DNA of 59,133 nucleotides from an uncultured Verrucomicrobiota bacterium (GCA_946610035.1 CAMOCC010000006.1:1-59133), one strand, 5' to 3'; positions 40,876 to 51,015 are shown, numbered from the stretch's first letter. The notes: generated from the letters alone by a model not told the origin. Numbers and translations are program-made.

Positions 40876-42153
40876 ATGACATCAATGAAGAAAGTAATGA
40901 TAACGGGCATCGGGATGCTCACGGCCGTAGGGAACGGTAAGGACGCCACATGGGCGGCGGTCAAGGCCGGCAAGCCCGGCGTCGGGCGCATCACCAAGTT
41001 CGATCCTTCGCGCTGCACCTGCCAGGTCGCGGCGGAGCTGAAGGGCTTTGATGAATATGCGATCGGCGGCGGTCTTCTCGACAAGAAGGAGGCCCGCCAC
41101 ATGGCGAACTTCTCCAAGTACGCCGTCGCCGCGGCCGTCGAGGCGTGGGGCGACGCCGGTTTCGCACGCGGCGAGGGCGAGGGCTTCCGGCCCGACATGG
41201 ACCGCGTCGGCACGATTCTCGGCAACGGCATCGGCGGACTCGAGGTCACGGGCGAGTCCTTCAAGATTCTCTTCGAGCGCGGGCCGGACCGCCTTTCCCC
41301 GCTTGCGATCCCCGAGCTCATCTCGAACGAGGGAGCGGGCAACATCTCGATCGCGCTCGGCGCCAAGGGCCCGGCGCAGGTCGTGACGACCGCGTGCGCG
41401 AGCTCGACGGACGCCCTCGGATTCGCGATGGACATGATCCGCGCGGGCCGTGCGGACGTCGTCATCGCCGGCGGCGCGGAGGCGACCATCATGGAGTTCT
41501 GCGTCGGCGGCTTCATGAAGGAGAAGGCGCTCTCCACCCACTTCAACGACACGCCCGAGAAGGCGTGCCGTCCGTTCAACGCCGACCGCGACGGCTTCGT
41601 CATGGGCGAGGGCTCGGCGGTGCTCATCCTCGAGAGCGAGGAGCATGCGAAGGCGCGCGGGGCGAAGGTCTACGCCGAGCTCGCCGGCTACGGCTCGACG
41701 AGCGACGCGTACCACATCACGGCGCCCGATCCTTCCGGCGACGGCGCGGTGAAGGCGATCAACATCGCCCTCAAGGACGCCGGGGTCGAGGACCTCTCGA
41801 CGGTCGACTACATCAACGCGCACGGAACCTCGACGCACCTCAACGACGCGATGGAGACGAAGGCCTTCAAGCGCGTCTTCGGCGAGGAGCAGGCGAAGAA
41901 GATCAACATCTCGTCCACGAAGCCGTTCCACGGACACTGCCTCGGCGCGACAGGCGCAATCGAGGCCGCGCTCACGACGCTCGCGGTGAACGAGGGATGG
42001 GTCCCGCCGACGCTCAACTACGAGAACCCCGATCCGGAGCTCGACCTCAACTACACGCCGAACGTCGGCGTGAAGCGCGACATACGCGTCGCGGTCAGCT
42101 CCTCGCTCGGCTTCGGCGGACACAACGGAATCCTGGTCTTCAAGAAGGCTTGA
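40876..42153 (+). CDS. fabF: 3-oxoacyl-ACP synthase II
   Basis: TACAS, DGFVMGEG, NAHGTST, GHCLGA, GFGGHN. Confidence 0.95.
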   Translation: MTSMKKVMITGIGMLTAVGNGKDATWAAVKAGKPGVGRITKFDPSRCTCQVAAELKGFDEYAIGGGLLDKKEARHMANFSKYAVAAAVEAWGDAGFARGEGEGFRPDMDRVGTILGNGIGGLEVTGESFKILFERGPDRLSPLAIPELISNEGAGNISIALGAKGPAQVVTTACASSTDALGFAMDMIRAGRADVVIAGGAEATIMEFCVGGFMKEKALSTHFNDTPEKACRPFNADRDGFVMGEGSAVLILESEEHAKARGAKVYAELAGYGSTSDAYHITAPDPSGDGAVKAINIALKDAGVEDLSTVDYINAHGTSTHLNDAMETKAFKRVFGEEQAKKINISSTKPFHGHCLGATGAIEAALTTLAVNEGWVPPTLNYENPDPELDLNYTPNVGVKRDIRVAVSSSLGFGGHNGILVFKKA

Positions 42154-42158
42154 TCGTC

Positions 42159-42623
42159 ATGGCAACCGAAATCCCAACCTTTGGAACAGTCTACAACACA
42201 CCCGGCGTGGAGCTCCTTCCGCACCGTCCGCCGTTCCTCTTCGTCGACACGCTGCTGTCGGCGGACGAGACGGGCGCGGCGGCGGAGTACACGTTCACGG
42301 AGGAGAAGAACGACTTCTTCAAGGGGCACTTCCCCGGATACCCGATCGTGCCCGGCGTCGTCCTCGTCGAGACGATGGCGCAGGCCGCGGGCGCGGGCCT
42401 CGTGGCGAGGAAGTTCTTCGGCGACAAGTCGCCGGGATTCGTCCTCGCCAAGGTCGAGGAGGCGAAGTTCCGCCGCCCGGTCCGCCCAGGCGACAAGTTC
42501 GTCTCCGTCGCGAAGACGGAGAAGCTCCGTCGCGTGCTGGGAACCTTCTCCATCCAGGGCTTCGTTAACGGCGAACTCGCCGCGGAGGCCCGCGTGATGT
42601 GCATGCTCGGCGGGGAGAAGTGA
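42159..42623 (+). CDS. fabZ: 3-hydroxyacyl-ACP dehydratase
   Basis: LPHRPPFLFVD, GHFPGYPIVPGV, FRRPVRPGD. Confidence 0.93.
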   Translation: MATEIPTFGTVYNTPGVELLPHRPPFLFVDTLLSADETGAAAEYTFTEEKNDFFKGHFPGYPIVPGVVLVETMAQAAGAGLVARKFFGDKSPGFVLAKVEEAKFRRPVRPGDKFVSVAKTEKLRRVLGTFSIQGFVNGELAAEARVMCMLGGEK

Positions 42624-42660
42624 TTGGTGGTTGGTGGTTGGTGATTGGTGGTTGGCGGTG
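42622..42660. repeat. Heptamer tandem repeat (GGTG[G/A]TT)n
   Basis: tgattggtggttggtggttggtgattggtggttggcggtg; same family as 28533-28686. Confidence 0.8.
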
Positions 42661-42689
42661 AGCCTACGAATGGAGATTGAAAGGAGACG

Positions 42690-44030
42690 ATGATCAGGAT
42701 TGTAGAGACGGGCGACAAACGCATCGAGAAGTTCAACGCGCGTCCCGCGTTCCCGGAGGAGGCCGAGAAGGCCGCCGCCGAGGTGCTGTCCGCCATCAGA
42801 AGGGAAGGGGACCGGGCGGTCCGCCGCTATGTCGCCAAGTTCGAGGGCTTCAAGGGCCGCGATCTTAGAGTCGATTTAGAGTCGATTAGGGTCGGATTGG
42901 CGTCTGATAGAGTCGGAGAGACCCTAAACGGCTCCAAAAATACCTTAAAAGGCCCTAAAACGACCCTAATAGACCCTAAGATCGCCAAGGCCGTCGAAGA
43001 CGCCCACAGGAGGGTCCTCAAGTTCTCCAGGGCATCGCTGAGGAAGGACTGGTCCATGAAGACGCCGCGCGGCGGCAGCGAGGGCGAGTTCTTCACCCCG
43101 ATGGACCGCGTCGGCGTCTACATCCCTGGCGGCACCGCGCCGCTCGCCTCGACGTCCGTCATGACCGTGACTCTCGCCAAGGCCGCAGGCGTCAAGGAGA
43201 TCGTCGCCTGCACTCCCGCCGGGAAGACCGGCGAGGTCAACCCCGTCCTCCTCTACGCCCTCAAGGTCGCCGGCGCGACCGAGATATACCGCGTCGGAGG
43301 CATCCAGGCGATCGGCATGATGGCCTTCGGGACTAAGACGTGCCGCAAGGTGCAGAAGATCGCCGGACCCGGCAATGCGTTTGTCACGGCGGCGAAGCGC
43401 CAGGTCTACGGATACGTTGCGATCGACCAGGTCGCGGGTCCGAGCGAGATAGCGGTCCTCACGGACGGCTCGGTGGACGTGCGCTGGATCGCGGCGGACC
43501 TCCTCAGCCAGGCCGAGCACGGCAGCGGCTGGGAGAAGTCGCTTTGCGTGTGCACTTCAAGGAAGCTCGCGGAGGAGATACGCGACGAGGTGCTGCGCCA
43601 GACGGAGACGCTGTCCAGGAAGGCCCTCGTCCAGCGCGTCATAGACAGGGACGGCATCCTCATCGTCGTCGCCGGCAATGTCGCCGAGGGGCTGGAGGTC
43701 GTGAACGCCTTTGCGCCCGAGCACTTCGAGATCATGACGAAGAACGCCCTGAAGGTGATGAAGGGCGTAAGGAGCGCGGGGGCGGTCTTTGCGGGTCCGT
43801 GGACGCCCGAGTCGGCCGGCGACTTCGTCGCGGGCCCGAGCCACGTCCTCCCCACCGGCGGGGCGGCGGACATGTTCAACGGGCTCACGCCGGACGACTT
43901 CCGCCGCCGACACAGCTTCGTTTCGTTCACGGAGGGCGACCTCCGCGAGACCAGGGCTACGATAGAGGCGTTTGCGTCCGTCGAGGGGCTCGACGGACAC
44001 GGCAGGGCGGCGACAATCCGCTTCGAATGA
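42690..44030 (+). CDS. hisD: Histidinol dehydrogenase
   Basis: GVYIPGG, GPGNAFV, AGPSE, SQAEH, APEH, GPSHVLPT; contains an in-frame palindromic insert. Confidence 0.95.
   Translation: MIRIVETGDKRIEKFNARPAFPEEAEKAAAEVLSAIRREGDRAVRRYVAKFEGFKGRDLRVDLESIRVGLASDRVGETLNGSKNTLKGPKTTLIDPKIAKAVEDAHRRVLKFSRASLRKDWSMKTPRGGSEGEFFTPMDRVGVYIPGGTAPLASTSVMTVTLAKAAGVKEIVACTPAGKTGEVNPVLLYALKVAGATEIYRVGGIQAIGMMAFGTKTCRKVQKIAGPGNAFVTAAKRQVYGYVAIDQVAGPSEIAVLTDGSVDVRWIAADLLSQAEHGSGWEKSLCVCTSRKLAEEIRDEVLRQTETLSRKALVQRVIDRDGILIVVAGNVAEGLEVVNAFAPEHFEIMTKNALKVMKGVRSAGAVFAGPWTPESAGDFVAGPSHVLPTGGAADMFNGLTPDDFRRRHSFVSFTEGDLRETRATIEAFASVEGLDGHGRAATIRFE
42861..42983. repeat. 123-bp in-frame palindromic element within hisD
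   Basis: GATCTTAGAGTC...GACCCTAAGATC; arms built from ~10-bp TTAGRGTCGA / GACCCTAA units. Confidence 0.8.
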
Positions 44031-44040
44031 CATCGGGCAA

Positions 44041-44859
44041 ATGACGTTCATCCAGAGACACGCCTACGGAATAGGGGCCGGCTTCGCCGCGCTCCTGTGG
44101 CCGTTCTTCTTCAGGCGCCGCCGCCTTTCGATGGAGAACATAATGAAGTGCGGCATAACGGACGATCCAAAGGAGGCGAAGAGGATCGCGAAGAAGGCGT
44201 GGTGCCACCTTCCGGGGCACATATGCGAGGCGCTGTGCGTCCCCAACGTCATCGGCAGGGACAACTGGCGCGAGCACCTCGACTTCTCGGAGGGGCATCC
44301 TGACGCGGTGAAGCTCCTCCTCGACACTCCCGACACTCCCATTATCATCGCGAGCGCCCACCACGGCGTCTGGGAGGCGGCGACGAACGTCCTCTCCTTT
44401 GCGCGGCCCATGATAGCGATAGCGCGGACGATGAACAACAAGTTCGTCGCCGACTGGATGAAGAAGCACCATTTCCGCGGGCCGGTCACGGTCATCGACA
44501 AGAACCACGGCTTCACGCCGGAGGTGTTCCGCCAGTGGGCGGACGAGCGCGCGGCGATGACGATACTCATGGACCAGCACACGTCCAAGGGCCTGAAGCT
44601 CCGCTTCCTCGGCCGTCCGGCGAAGACGTTCACCAGCGTGGCGAGGCTTGCGATCAGGTACGGGCGGCCGATCGTCGTCGGATCGTTCGTGAGGGTGGCC
44701 CCCTACCGCTACCGTCTCGTCGGCGGCGCGCCGGTCGTGTTCGGGAAGGGGACTGACCTCGCGGAGGCGACGCAGCTTCTGAACGACAGGCTTGCGGAGG
44801 CGATCCGCAGATACCCGGAGCAGTATCTCTGGGCCCACAGGAGGTGGCGCGATGACTGA
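44041..44859 (+). CDS. Lysophospholipid acyltransferase (LpxL/HtrB family)
   Basis: SAHHGVWE, MDQ, YPEQYLWAHRRW. Confidence 0.88.
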   Translation: MTFIQRHAYGIGAGFAALLWPFFFRRRRLSMENIMKCGITDDPKEAKRIAKKAWCHLPGHICEALCVPNVIGRDNWREHLDFSEGHPDAVKLLLDTPDTPIIIASAHHGVWEAATNVLSFARPMIAIARTMNNKFVADWMKKHHFRGPVTVIDKNHGFTPEVFRQWADERAAMTILMDQHTSKGLKLRFLGRPAKTFTSVARLAIRYGRPIVVGSFVRVAPYRYRLVGGAPVVFGKGTDLAEATQLLNDRLAEAIRRYPEQYLWAHRRWRDD

Positions 44860-46060
44860 GCATCTTGCAAGGGTCTTCGGTGCGCTCGACTTGATGTGCC
44901 TGATCATGGGACTGGTGTTCCTGTGGTCGACCCTCATCCTGCTTGTCGGGCTTCTGTCGCGCTGGCACCGCCATCCGAAGGCGGACAGGAAGCTGCGCTT
45001 CGCGGTGCTCGTCTGCGCGCGCAACGAGGAGAACGTCATAAGGCTCCCCGTCAAGAGCGTTCTCATGTCCCGCTATCCGAAGGAGTGCCGCGAGGTGATC
45101 GTCCTTGCGGACAACTGCACTGATGCGACGGCGGCGCGCGCGAGGGAGGCGGGGGCGACGGTGTGGGAGAAGACAGAGCCCTCGAGCGGGAAGGGCGACG
45201 TGCTGGAGTGGGGCATCCGCAGGGTCATCGACGCCGGACGCTTCGACGCGGTCGCGGTGTTCGACGCTGACAACATTGTCTCCGACATCTGGTTCGACGC
45301 GATGAACAACGCGCTGAACGACGGCGAACTCATCGTGACCGGCCGCAGGATGTCCTCCAACGCCACGACGAATCTGATATCGGGCTGGTACACGGTGTAC
45401 TGGGACCTCATGAACGAGCTCTCGAACCGCGTCCGCACGAATCTGCTGCTTTCCGGCAAGCTCACGGGAACGGGCTTCGCGTTCCTCCTTCCGATCCTAG
45501 GCAGGGAAGGATGGCACACGCGCACCATGGTGGAGGACGTCGAGTTCTCCATACAGAGCAACATAGCGGGCCGCCGCGTCGCATATGTCGCGGGTGCGGA
45601 GTACGCCGACGAGCAGCCGGTCACAATTCATCACATGTGGAGGCAGCTCTGCCGCTGGGCGACCGGGTGCTGGCAGGTCGTCTACCACTACTTCCGTCCG
45701 TGGGCGTGGGCGATGCTGAAGCGTCCGTCCTTCCGCCTCTTCGACAGCTACTTCGCGCTCCTGACGGGGATGTCCGTCGCGTTCCTCATCCTGTTCGGGT
45801 TCATATCCATCGTCGTCCGCATCGTGGCCGGGGCGGGCGTGCTCGAGGCGGTGGCGATGTTCGCGCTTCTCATCTGCTTCATAGCGTTCGTGAGCAGCGT
45901 GACGGGCGTCCTCGCGGTGCTCCTTTCGAGCAAGAAGAGGCGTCCGAAGTGGCCCGCAGTGCTGACGTTCCCGATTTTCTCGTTCGTACTCTCGGCGACG
46001 GTCCTATGGACGCTTGTGTGTCCGACGAAGACTTGGAAGCCGATTCCGCACGGTAACTGA
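44852..46060 (+). CDS. Glycosyltransferase family 2, membrane-bound
   Basis: ARNEE, ADNCTD, FDADN, VED, QLCRW; flanking TM helices. Confidence 0.9.
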   Translation: MTEHLARVFGALDLMCLIMGLVFLWSTLILLVGLLSRWHRHPKADRKLRFAVLVCARNEENVIRLPVKSVLMSRYPKECREVIVLADNCTDATAARAREAGATVWEKTEPSSGKGDVLEWGIRRVIDAGRFDAVAVFDADNIVSDIWFDAMNNALNDGELIVTGRRMSSNATTNLISGWYTVYWDLMNELSNRVRTNLLLSGKLTGTGFAFLLPILGREGWHTRTMVEDVEFSIQSNIAGRRVAYVAGAEYADEQPVTIHHMWRQLCRWATGCWQVVYHYFRPWAWAMLKRPSFRLFDSYFALLTGMSVAFLILFGFISIVVRIVAGAGVLEAVAMFALLICFIAFVSSVTGVLAVLLSSKKRRPKWPAVLTFPIFSFVLSATVLWTLVCPTKTWKPIPHGN

Positions 46061-46061
46061 C

Positions 46062-46769
46062 ATGGACGGACTTCAGGACCAGATTCGTTTCTTCATCCGC
46101 GTGCTCGAGTTCATCGGCACGTTCGCCGGCGCGATCTCGGGCGTGAGGCTCGCGAGCGCCAAGCGCTTCGACTGGTTCGGCGCGAGCGTGATCGGGTTCA
46201 TAACCGCCGTCGGCGGCGGGACGCTGCGCGACATCCTGCTGAGGGTCGAGCCGTTCTGGATGTCCGATCCGTTCTACATCGTCTCGTCCGGCCTCGCCGT
46301 CGTCGCGGTGGGGCTTTTCGGGCGGCGCTTCATCAGCGGACAGATCACGTGGTTCGTGTTCGACACGGTCTCGATATCCGTCTTCATGGTCATCGGCGTC
46401 CAGAAGGCGATACTCTACGGGTACTCCTCGTGGTGGTGCGCGATAATGCTTGGCGTGATAACGGCCGTCTTCGGCGGCATCATGCGCGACATCTGCATCA
46501 ACGACGTTCCGCTCATCTTCCGCAAGGAGCTCTACGCGCTCGCGTGCGCCGCGGGCGGCGTGCTGTTCTTCGTGCTGCCGCTGGCGGGGGTGGAGAACCT
46601 GGCAGCCCGAAACGTCCTGAGCGTCGGCCTCATATTCGTCATCAGGGCCCTTGCGATCAAGTACCACTGGGGCGTGCCCGTCCTTACGGGCCGCGGGACG
46701 TCGTTCCACCACCATCGCGGCGGAGGCGTCCACGCGAATCATCGCAACAAGCCGAAAGAGTCCGCTTGA
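46062..46769 (+). CDS. TRIC/UPF0126 family membrane protein
   Basis: AISG, GGGTLRD, GGIMRD duplicated motif. Confidence 0.88.
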   Translation: MDGLQDQIRFFIRVLEFIGTFAGAISGVRLASAKRFDWFGASVIGFITAVGGGTLRDILLRVEPFWMSDPFYIVSSGLAVVAVGLFGRRFISGQITWFVFDTVSISVFMVIGVQKAILYGYSSWWCAIMLGVITAVFGGIMRDICINDVPLIFRKELYALACAAGGVLFFVLPLAGVENLAARNVLSVGLIFVIRALAIKYHWGVPVLTGRGTSFHHHRGGGVHANHRNKPKESA

Positions 46770-46804
46770 TTTCCCCCCGCTCCGCGTGGTATAATACCAT
46801 TACT

Positions 46805-47041
46805 ATGAAAATCAAAAAGCCCATGACCATCAAGGCCCCCGGCGGCAACGCGGCAGCCCCCGGCGGCGCAGCCATCGCCGATCGTTTCCGTCTGGATGTA
46901 CAGCCTCAGGCGCACAAGGGCGCGACTGTCAATGCGAAGGCCGTTGCATGGGCCTTCTCGGCTGGTTGCGTGGCGCTTGCGCTGCTCGGTGTGCTTGTGT
47001 ACATGATGTACCAGCACGCCGAATACCTGCACGGCGTCTGA
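46805..47041 (+). CDS. Small single-TM hypothetical protein
   Basis: 78-aa ORF following TGGTATAAT (46787). Confidence 0.6.
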   Translation: MKIKKPMTIKAPGGNAAAPGGAAIADRFRLDVQPQAHKGATVNAKAVAWAFSAGCVALALLGVLVYMMYQHAEYLHGV

Positions 47042-47054
47042 TGGAGTCGCTTCC

Positions 47055-47945
47055 ATGAAGGATGTAATGCGCTCGACTAGAGCGCAGGCCGCAGTGCGGC
47101 TTGCGCTAGATGAGGATCTGGCCGACGCCGCGGATGCGCGCGCGACGCGCTGGCTCGACGCGACAAGCGAGGCCCTTGTGGATCCAGACGTCGTCGCGAC
47201 CGGCGAAATCTACGCGAAGGGGACCGGGTGCGTCGTCGCGGGCGCGACCGTCGCCAAGGCCGTCATGAAGGCCGTCGACCCCAAGATCAAGGTGACGATA
47301 CTGAAGCCCGACGGGTCCGTCGTCAAGCCGAAGGAGCCGATCCTCGCCTTCCGGGGGAAGGCGAGGTCGATACTAGCGGCGGAGCGGACGGCCCTCAACT
47401 TCATGCAGAGGATGTGCGCGACGGCCACGCTCGCGCGCAAGTTCGTGGACGCCGTGAAGAAATACGGGACGATGATCCTCGACACGAGGAAGACGACACC
47501 CGGCCTGCGCGTCTTCGAGAAGTACGCGGTGACGTGCGGCGGCGGGACGAACCACCGCATGGGCATGTACGACCGCGTCCTCATGAAGGACAACCACCGC
47601 CGCCTCTGGAAGGGCGGCGACCCCGACGAGCTGGACCAGGCGGTCGTCGCGGCGCGCAGAAGGTTCCCGAAGCTCGACGTCGAGGTGGAGGTGGAGTCCC
47701 TGAGGGAGTGCGAGAGCGCGCTCAAGGCGAAGCCGGAGTGGATCATGCTCGACAACATGTCCTGTGCGGACATGAAGAAGTGCGTGAAGCTCTGCAAGGG
47801 CATTTCGAAGACGGAGGCGTCCGGCGGCATCACGCTCGACCGTGCGAAGGAGGTGGCGGCGACAGGGGTCACCGCTATTTCGCTCGGCTGCCTCACTCAC
47901 TCCGCCGGGTCCGTCGACCTTTCCCTGGAATGGCGCGCCGTCTGA
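47055..47945 (+). CDS. nadC: Nicotinate-nucleotide pyrophosphorylase (quinolinate phosphoribosyltransferase)
   Basis: AERTALN, DTRKTTPG, KDNH, EVE, MLDN, EASGG. Confidence 0.95.
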   Translation: MKDVMRSTRAQAAVRLALDEDLADAADARATRWLDATSEALVDPDVVATGEIYAKGTGCVVAGATVAKAVMKAVDPKIKVTILKPDGSVVKPKEPILAFRGKARSILAAERTALNFMQRMCATATLARKFVDAVKKYGTMILDTRKTTPGLRVFEKYAVTCGGGTNHRMGMYDRVLMKDNHRRLWKGGDPDELDQAVVAARRRFPKLDVEVEVESLRECESALKAKPEWIMLDNMSCADMKKCVKLCKGISKTEASGGITLDRAKEVAATGVTAISLGCLTHSAGSVDLSLEWRAV

Positions 47946-48673
47946 TTGCAGTCGACGTGGGCAACACATCCACGGCCGCGGGTCTATGGACCCCCGGTCG
48001 TGTTTCGCACACAGTCCATTGCGACGGCGGATTCGCAGAGGCGTCCGGGGCCGTGCGCGCGCTCGCGGAGCGGTTCGCGCCGGCAGGCCTCGCGTACGTA
48101 AGCGTCGTCCCGAAGGAGGACCGCAAGTGGAGGGCGTTCGCCGACTCCCTGGGGCTGCGGCTGGTGCGCGTCTCGCCCGGTCTCTTCCCGCTTGAACTCG
48201 ACTATCCGAAGCCGGAGACGATCGGCGCCGACCGCCTGGCGGACGCCGCAGGCGCCGTCGAGCGCCATGGCGCGCCCGTCCTCGTCATGGACTTCGGGAC
48301 CGCGCTCACCGCCGCAGTCGTCACGCGCGACCGCGTGTGGAGGGGCGGCGTCATCGCGCCGGGGTTTCCGCTGATGAGAGACTACCTTTTCGAGCGTACG
48401 GCCAAACTGCCGCGCATGGAGCTCGGCACGGGCCGCGCGCCGAAGATCGGCCGCTCCACGGAGGAGGCCATGCGCTTCGGCGCGATAGTGGGCTACAGGG
48501 GGATGGTCCGCGAAATAGTCGCCGAGCTCAAGCGCAACTTCAAGGAGGACTTCAGGCTCGTCGCGACCGGCGGATTCGCAAAATGGGCGCTCAAGGACCT
48601 CGACATGCCTTTCACAATCGATCCAACACTGACACTCTACGGAACAGGGCTAATATGCGCAAAGGAATTCTGA
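47930..48673 (+). CDS. coaX: Type III pantothenate kinase
   Basis: DVGNT, GADR, DFGTA, GGVIAPG, ATGG. Confidence 0.93.
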   Translation: MARRLIAVDVGNTSTAAGLWTPGRVSHTVHCDGGFAEASGAVRALAERFAPAGLAYVSVVPKEDRKWRAFADSLGLRLVRVSPGLFPLELDYPKPETIGADRLADAAGAVERHGAPVLVMDFGTALTAAVVTRDRVWRGGVIAPGFPLMRDYLFERTAKLPRMELGTGRAPKIGRSTEEAMRFGAIVGYRGMVREIVAELKRNFKEDFRLVATGGFAKWALKDLDMPFTIDPTLTLYGTGLICAKEF

Positions 48674-49188
48674 CAATCGCCGCGTCGTTCACCATCGCCT
48701 TGACGGCGTTCGTCCTTAACGGGTGCGGTCCGTTCTGGGTGGACCCCTACATAGCGGTCAAGGAGAGTCCGCTCAACTGGGTCGAAATCCACTACTACAA
48801 CATGAACAAGACCCCCTACCGCCGCATATCTGTGCTGCTGATGGGCACGGGGCATGTGGAGGTCAAGAAGGGGACGAGCGACCGCGTCTCCAACGACTTC
48901 GCGAAGCATGCGGACGACTCGGAGTGGGAGAACTTCAGGACGCAGCGCATGATGACGGACCCCAAGCACGCGCAGGACATATTCCAGAACCTGGTCAACT
49001 ACGGCCTCCTCGACAGGGAGAAGAACTTCAGGAGGTCCGACAAGGATTCATTCGACCGCTTCATGGCAGTCAAGGCGAACATATCCAACTACACCTATTC
49101 GCAGCCGGAGAACATCTACGAGGTCGACCCGGACCTTGCGGAGCAGCTATACGACGTCATCAGGGAGTTCGACAATCCGAACCTCTAA
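48655..49188 (+). CDS. Hypothetical lipoprotein
   Basis: Signal peptide with lipobox LNGC; host-like codon usage. Confidence 0.7.
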   Translation: MRKGILTIAASFTIALTAFVLNGCGPFWVDPYIAVKESPLNWVEIHYYNMNKTPYRRISVLLMGTGHVEVKKGTSDRVSNDFAKHADDSEWENFRTQRMMTDPKHAQDIFQNLVNYGLLDREKNFRRSDKDSFDRFMAVKANISNYTYSQPENIYEVDPDLAEQLYDVIREFDNPNL

Positions 49189-49244
49189 CGTGGGGCGGGC
49201 AATAGGGAAGAGGGATACAGGGTGCACGTCCTACTTGACGAACC

Positions 49245-49369
49245 GGGCGGGCGGATGCACCGGAAGATTTATGCAAGGATGCGTTAATTTGCCAGCATCT
49301 TCACATCGTACATATACCGCCATAGGTCTTCGGGGTGGAATAGCCAGAGGGGGAGGAAGAGGGGTAATT
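49245..49369 (+). repeat. Left ~125-bp terminal inverted repeat of nested island
   Basis: ggatgcaccggaagatttatgcaagg...gaggggtaatt; near-exact reverse complement at ~53998-54125. Confidence 0.92.
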
Positions 49370-49882
49370 TGGAGACGCGGCTTCCAGCCGCGTTGGGATT
49401 GTAAGCGGGATGTATTAGGGGAATGGGGAAGTGGGAAGAGGGGGAATGGGGAATTGGTAATTTGGAGACGCGGCTTCCAGCCGCGTTAATCTAGTGATTG
49501 GTCTGCGACTACTTTAGCGCACTTGACGCGGCTGGAAGCCGCGTCTCCATGTTCGGTCGCCGCTCAGTCGCTAGTATAACGCGGCTGGAAGCCGCGTCTC
49601 CATAGGGGTGCTAACGGGGAATGGGGAATGGAATTGTGGAAACAGCCAATGGGAATGGGAAAGAGGGAAGTGGGAAGAGGAGGTTAATTTGGAGACGCGG
49701 CTTCCAGCCGCGTTGGGATTGTAAGCGGGCTATATTAGCGGAATGGGGAGAGGGAAGAGTGAGGAGGGAAGAGGGGGAATGGGGAATTGGTAATTTGGAG
49801 ACGCGGCTTCCAGCCGCGTCAATCAAGTGATTGGTCTGCGACTACTTTAGCGCACTTGACGCGGCTGGAAGCCGCGTCTCCA
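49370..49882. repeat. REP mosaic: 7 copies of TGGAGACGCGGCTTCCAGCCGCGT
   Basis: Copies at 49370+, 49463+, 49526-, 49579-, 49690+, 49796+, 49859-; reused linkers and GGGAATG-rich spacers. Confidence 0.92.
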
Positions 49883-49964
49883 AAGGTGCAGCCTAACCTA
49901 CACTTGACGATTGAAATTATGATGCAGAGTTCGACATCATACTGATATACATTGACTGGGGGCT

Positions 49965-50197
49965 ACAGGGTCAGACATGGTTACCACAGTAAATTACCAC
50001 AGTAGCGGGAGTTTATGATATACTGTTCGGCATGAGACGTTGCAGGATAAATCTTCCCAATCGTTGCTATCACCTGATCAGCCGCGTCGCCCACCGCCCG
50101 TTTGAAGAAGGGCAGGCGGCGAATCGAAAAGGTTACGCCGCTATGACAAGGAAAACCTACTGTGGCAATCTACTGTGGCAATCAGGTCTGACCCTGT
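49965..50197 (+). mobile_element. 233-bp MITE-like remnant of a Y1 (RAYT/IS200-like) transposase element, copy 1
   Basis: 41-bp imperfect TIR ACAGGGTCAGAC...GTCTGACCCTGT with internal CCACAGTA repeats; encodes MRRCRINLPNRCYHLISRVAHRPF. Confidence 0.75.
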
Positions 50198-50406
50198 TGG
50201 TTCCGTTTTATCGCACTGAGTCAGAAAGACGACATGGCGTTTGGCAAGGCGTTCGATATTCTTCTTCATTTACATGCTTCCCGAGCAAAGCGCCTTACGG
50301 GCTTTCGGAGCAGGATATAAAGCAAATGGAAACAATTTTTAACCGGTTATATGAGAAGTGTAAAAACAAGTGGCCTAGGAAGTCACTGTAAGAAATTATC
50401 ATTGAT

Positions 50407-50940
50407 ATGAGGAGTTTGATGATGGAGCAAAGAAATTATATGAAAATCGTTGCGCATGTACGTGAATTGTTTGGCGTTCGGGCTGCATTGATGCAGAAGC
50501 TGATGCTCCTTGCATTGTTTTGCCTAGGCGGTTGCACTATTGCGAATACTCGTCAAAGCAGAGTAACTATAGGAGACGAAGTCGTCGCTGCTTTCGGTTC
50601 GATAGAAAGCGCACTACAGCAACCGTGGATTATTAGGTCTGTGTTTGGCAAGGCAAGGCCAAGGGAGTTGACGGAAGATCAGAAGGCTACATTGATGGAT
50701 GCAATCAAGGATTGCTATGTATGGGAACAAGATGGTGCAAGGGAGGAAACAGAGGGCGGAAGTGCCTGTGCCTCCCCTGATCTATACAGGCTTTGTGTTG
50801 GCCCTGGACTTGTTCCTAAGTTTTCGTTGTACCTTCTGGAGAGTGGTTTTCTTGCGTACCATATGTGCGCTTCTCCTGGGGATGTGGTTAATGTGAATTA
50901 TACTATCAGGGTGATTTTTCAAGGCCAACGCTTTTATTGA
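50407..50940 (+). CDS. Hypothetical lipoprotein (island cargo)
   Basis: Lipobox LGGC; visibly lower GC than host; start uncertain. Confidence 0.55.
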   Translation: MRSLMMEQRNYMKIVAHVRELFGVRAALMQKLMLLALFCLGGCTIANTRQSRVTIGDEVVAAFGSIESALQQPWIIRSVFGKARPRELTEDQKATLMDAIKDCYVWEQDGAREETEGGSACASPDLYRLCVGPGLVPKFSLYLLESGFLAYHMCASPGDVVNVNYTIRVIFQGQRFY

Positions 50941-51015
50941 CGAGAGAAAAACCGTGACGGCATTTGGTCCAGCACTCCTTGATTAGGAATAATGTATGAG
51001 CCTGAAAAGTATAAG

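Noticed and set aside
49370-49882. CRISPR array (24-bp palindromic repeats with spacers)
   Set aside because: Repeats alternate orientation, spacers are reused and vary from ~29 to ~87 bp, and there are no cas genes; a REP/BIME mosaic fits better.
50032-50391. Intact 119-aa transposase
   Set aside because: Chimeric frame: a short transposase-like N-terminus, read-through of the TIR, then unrelated sequence; no HUH or catalytic Tyr motif.
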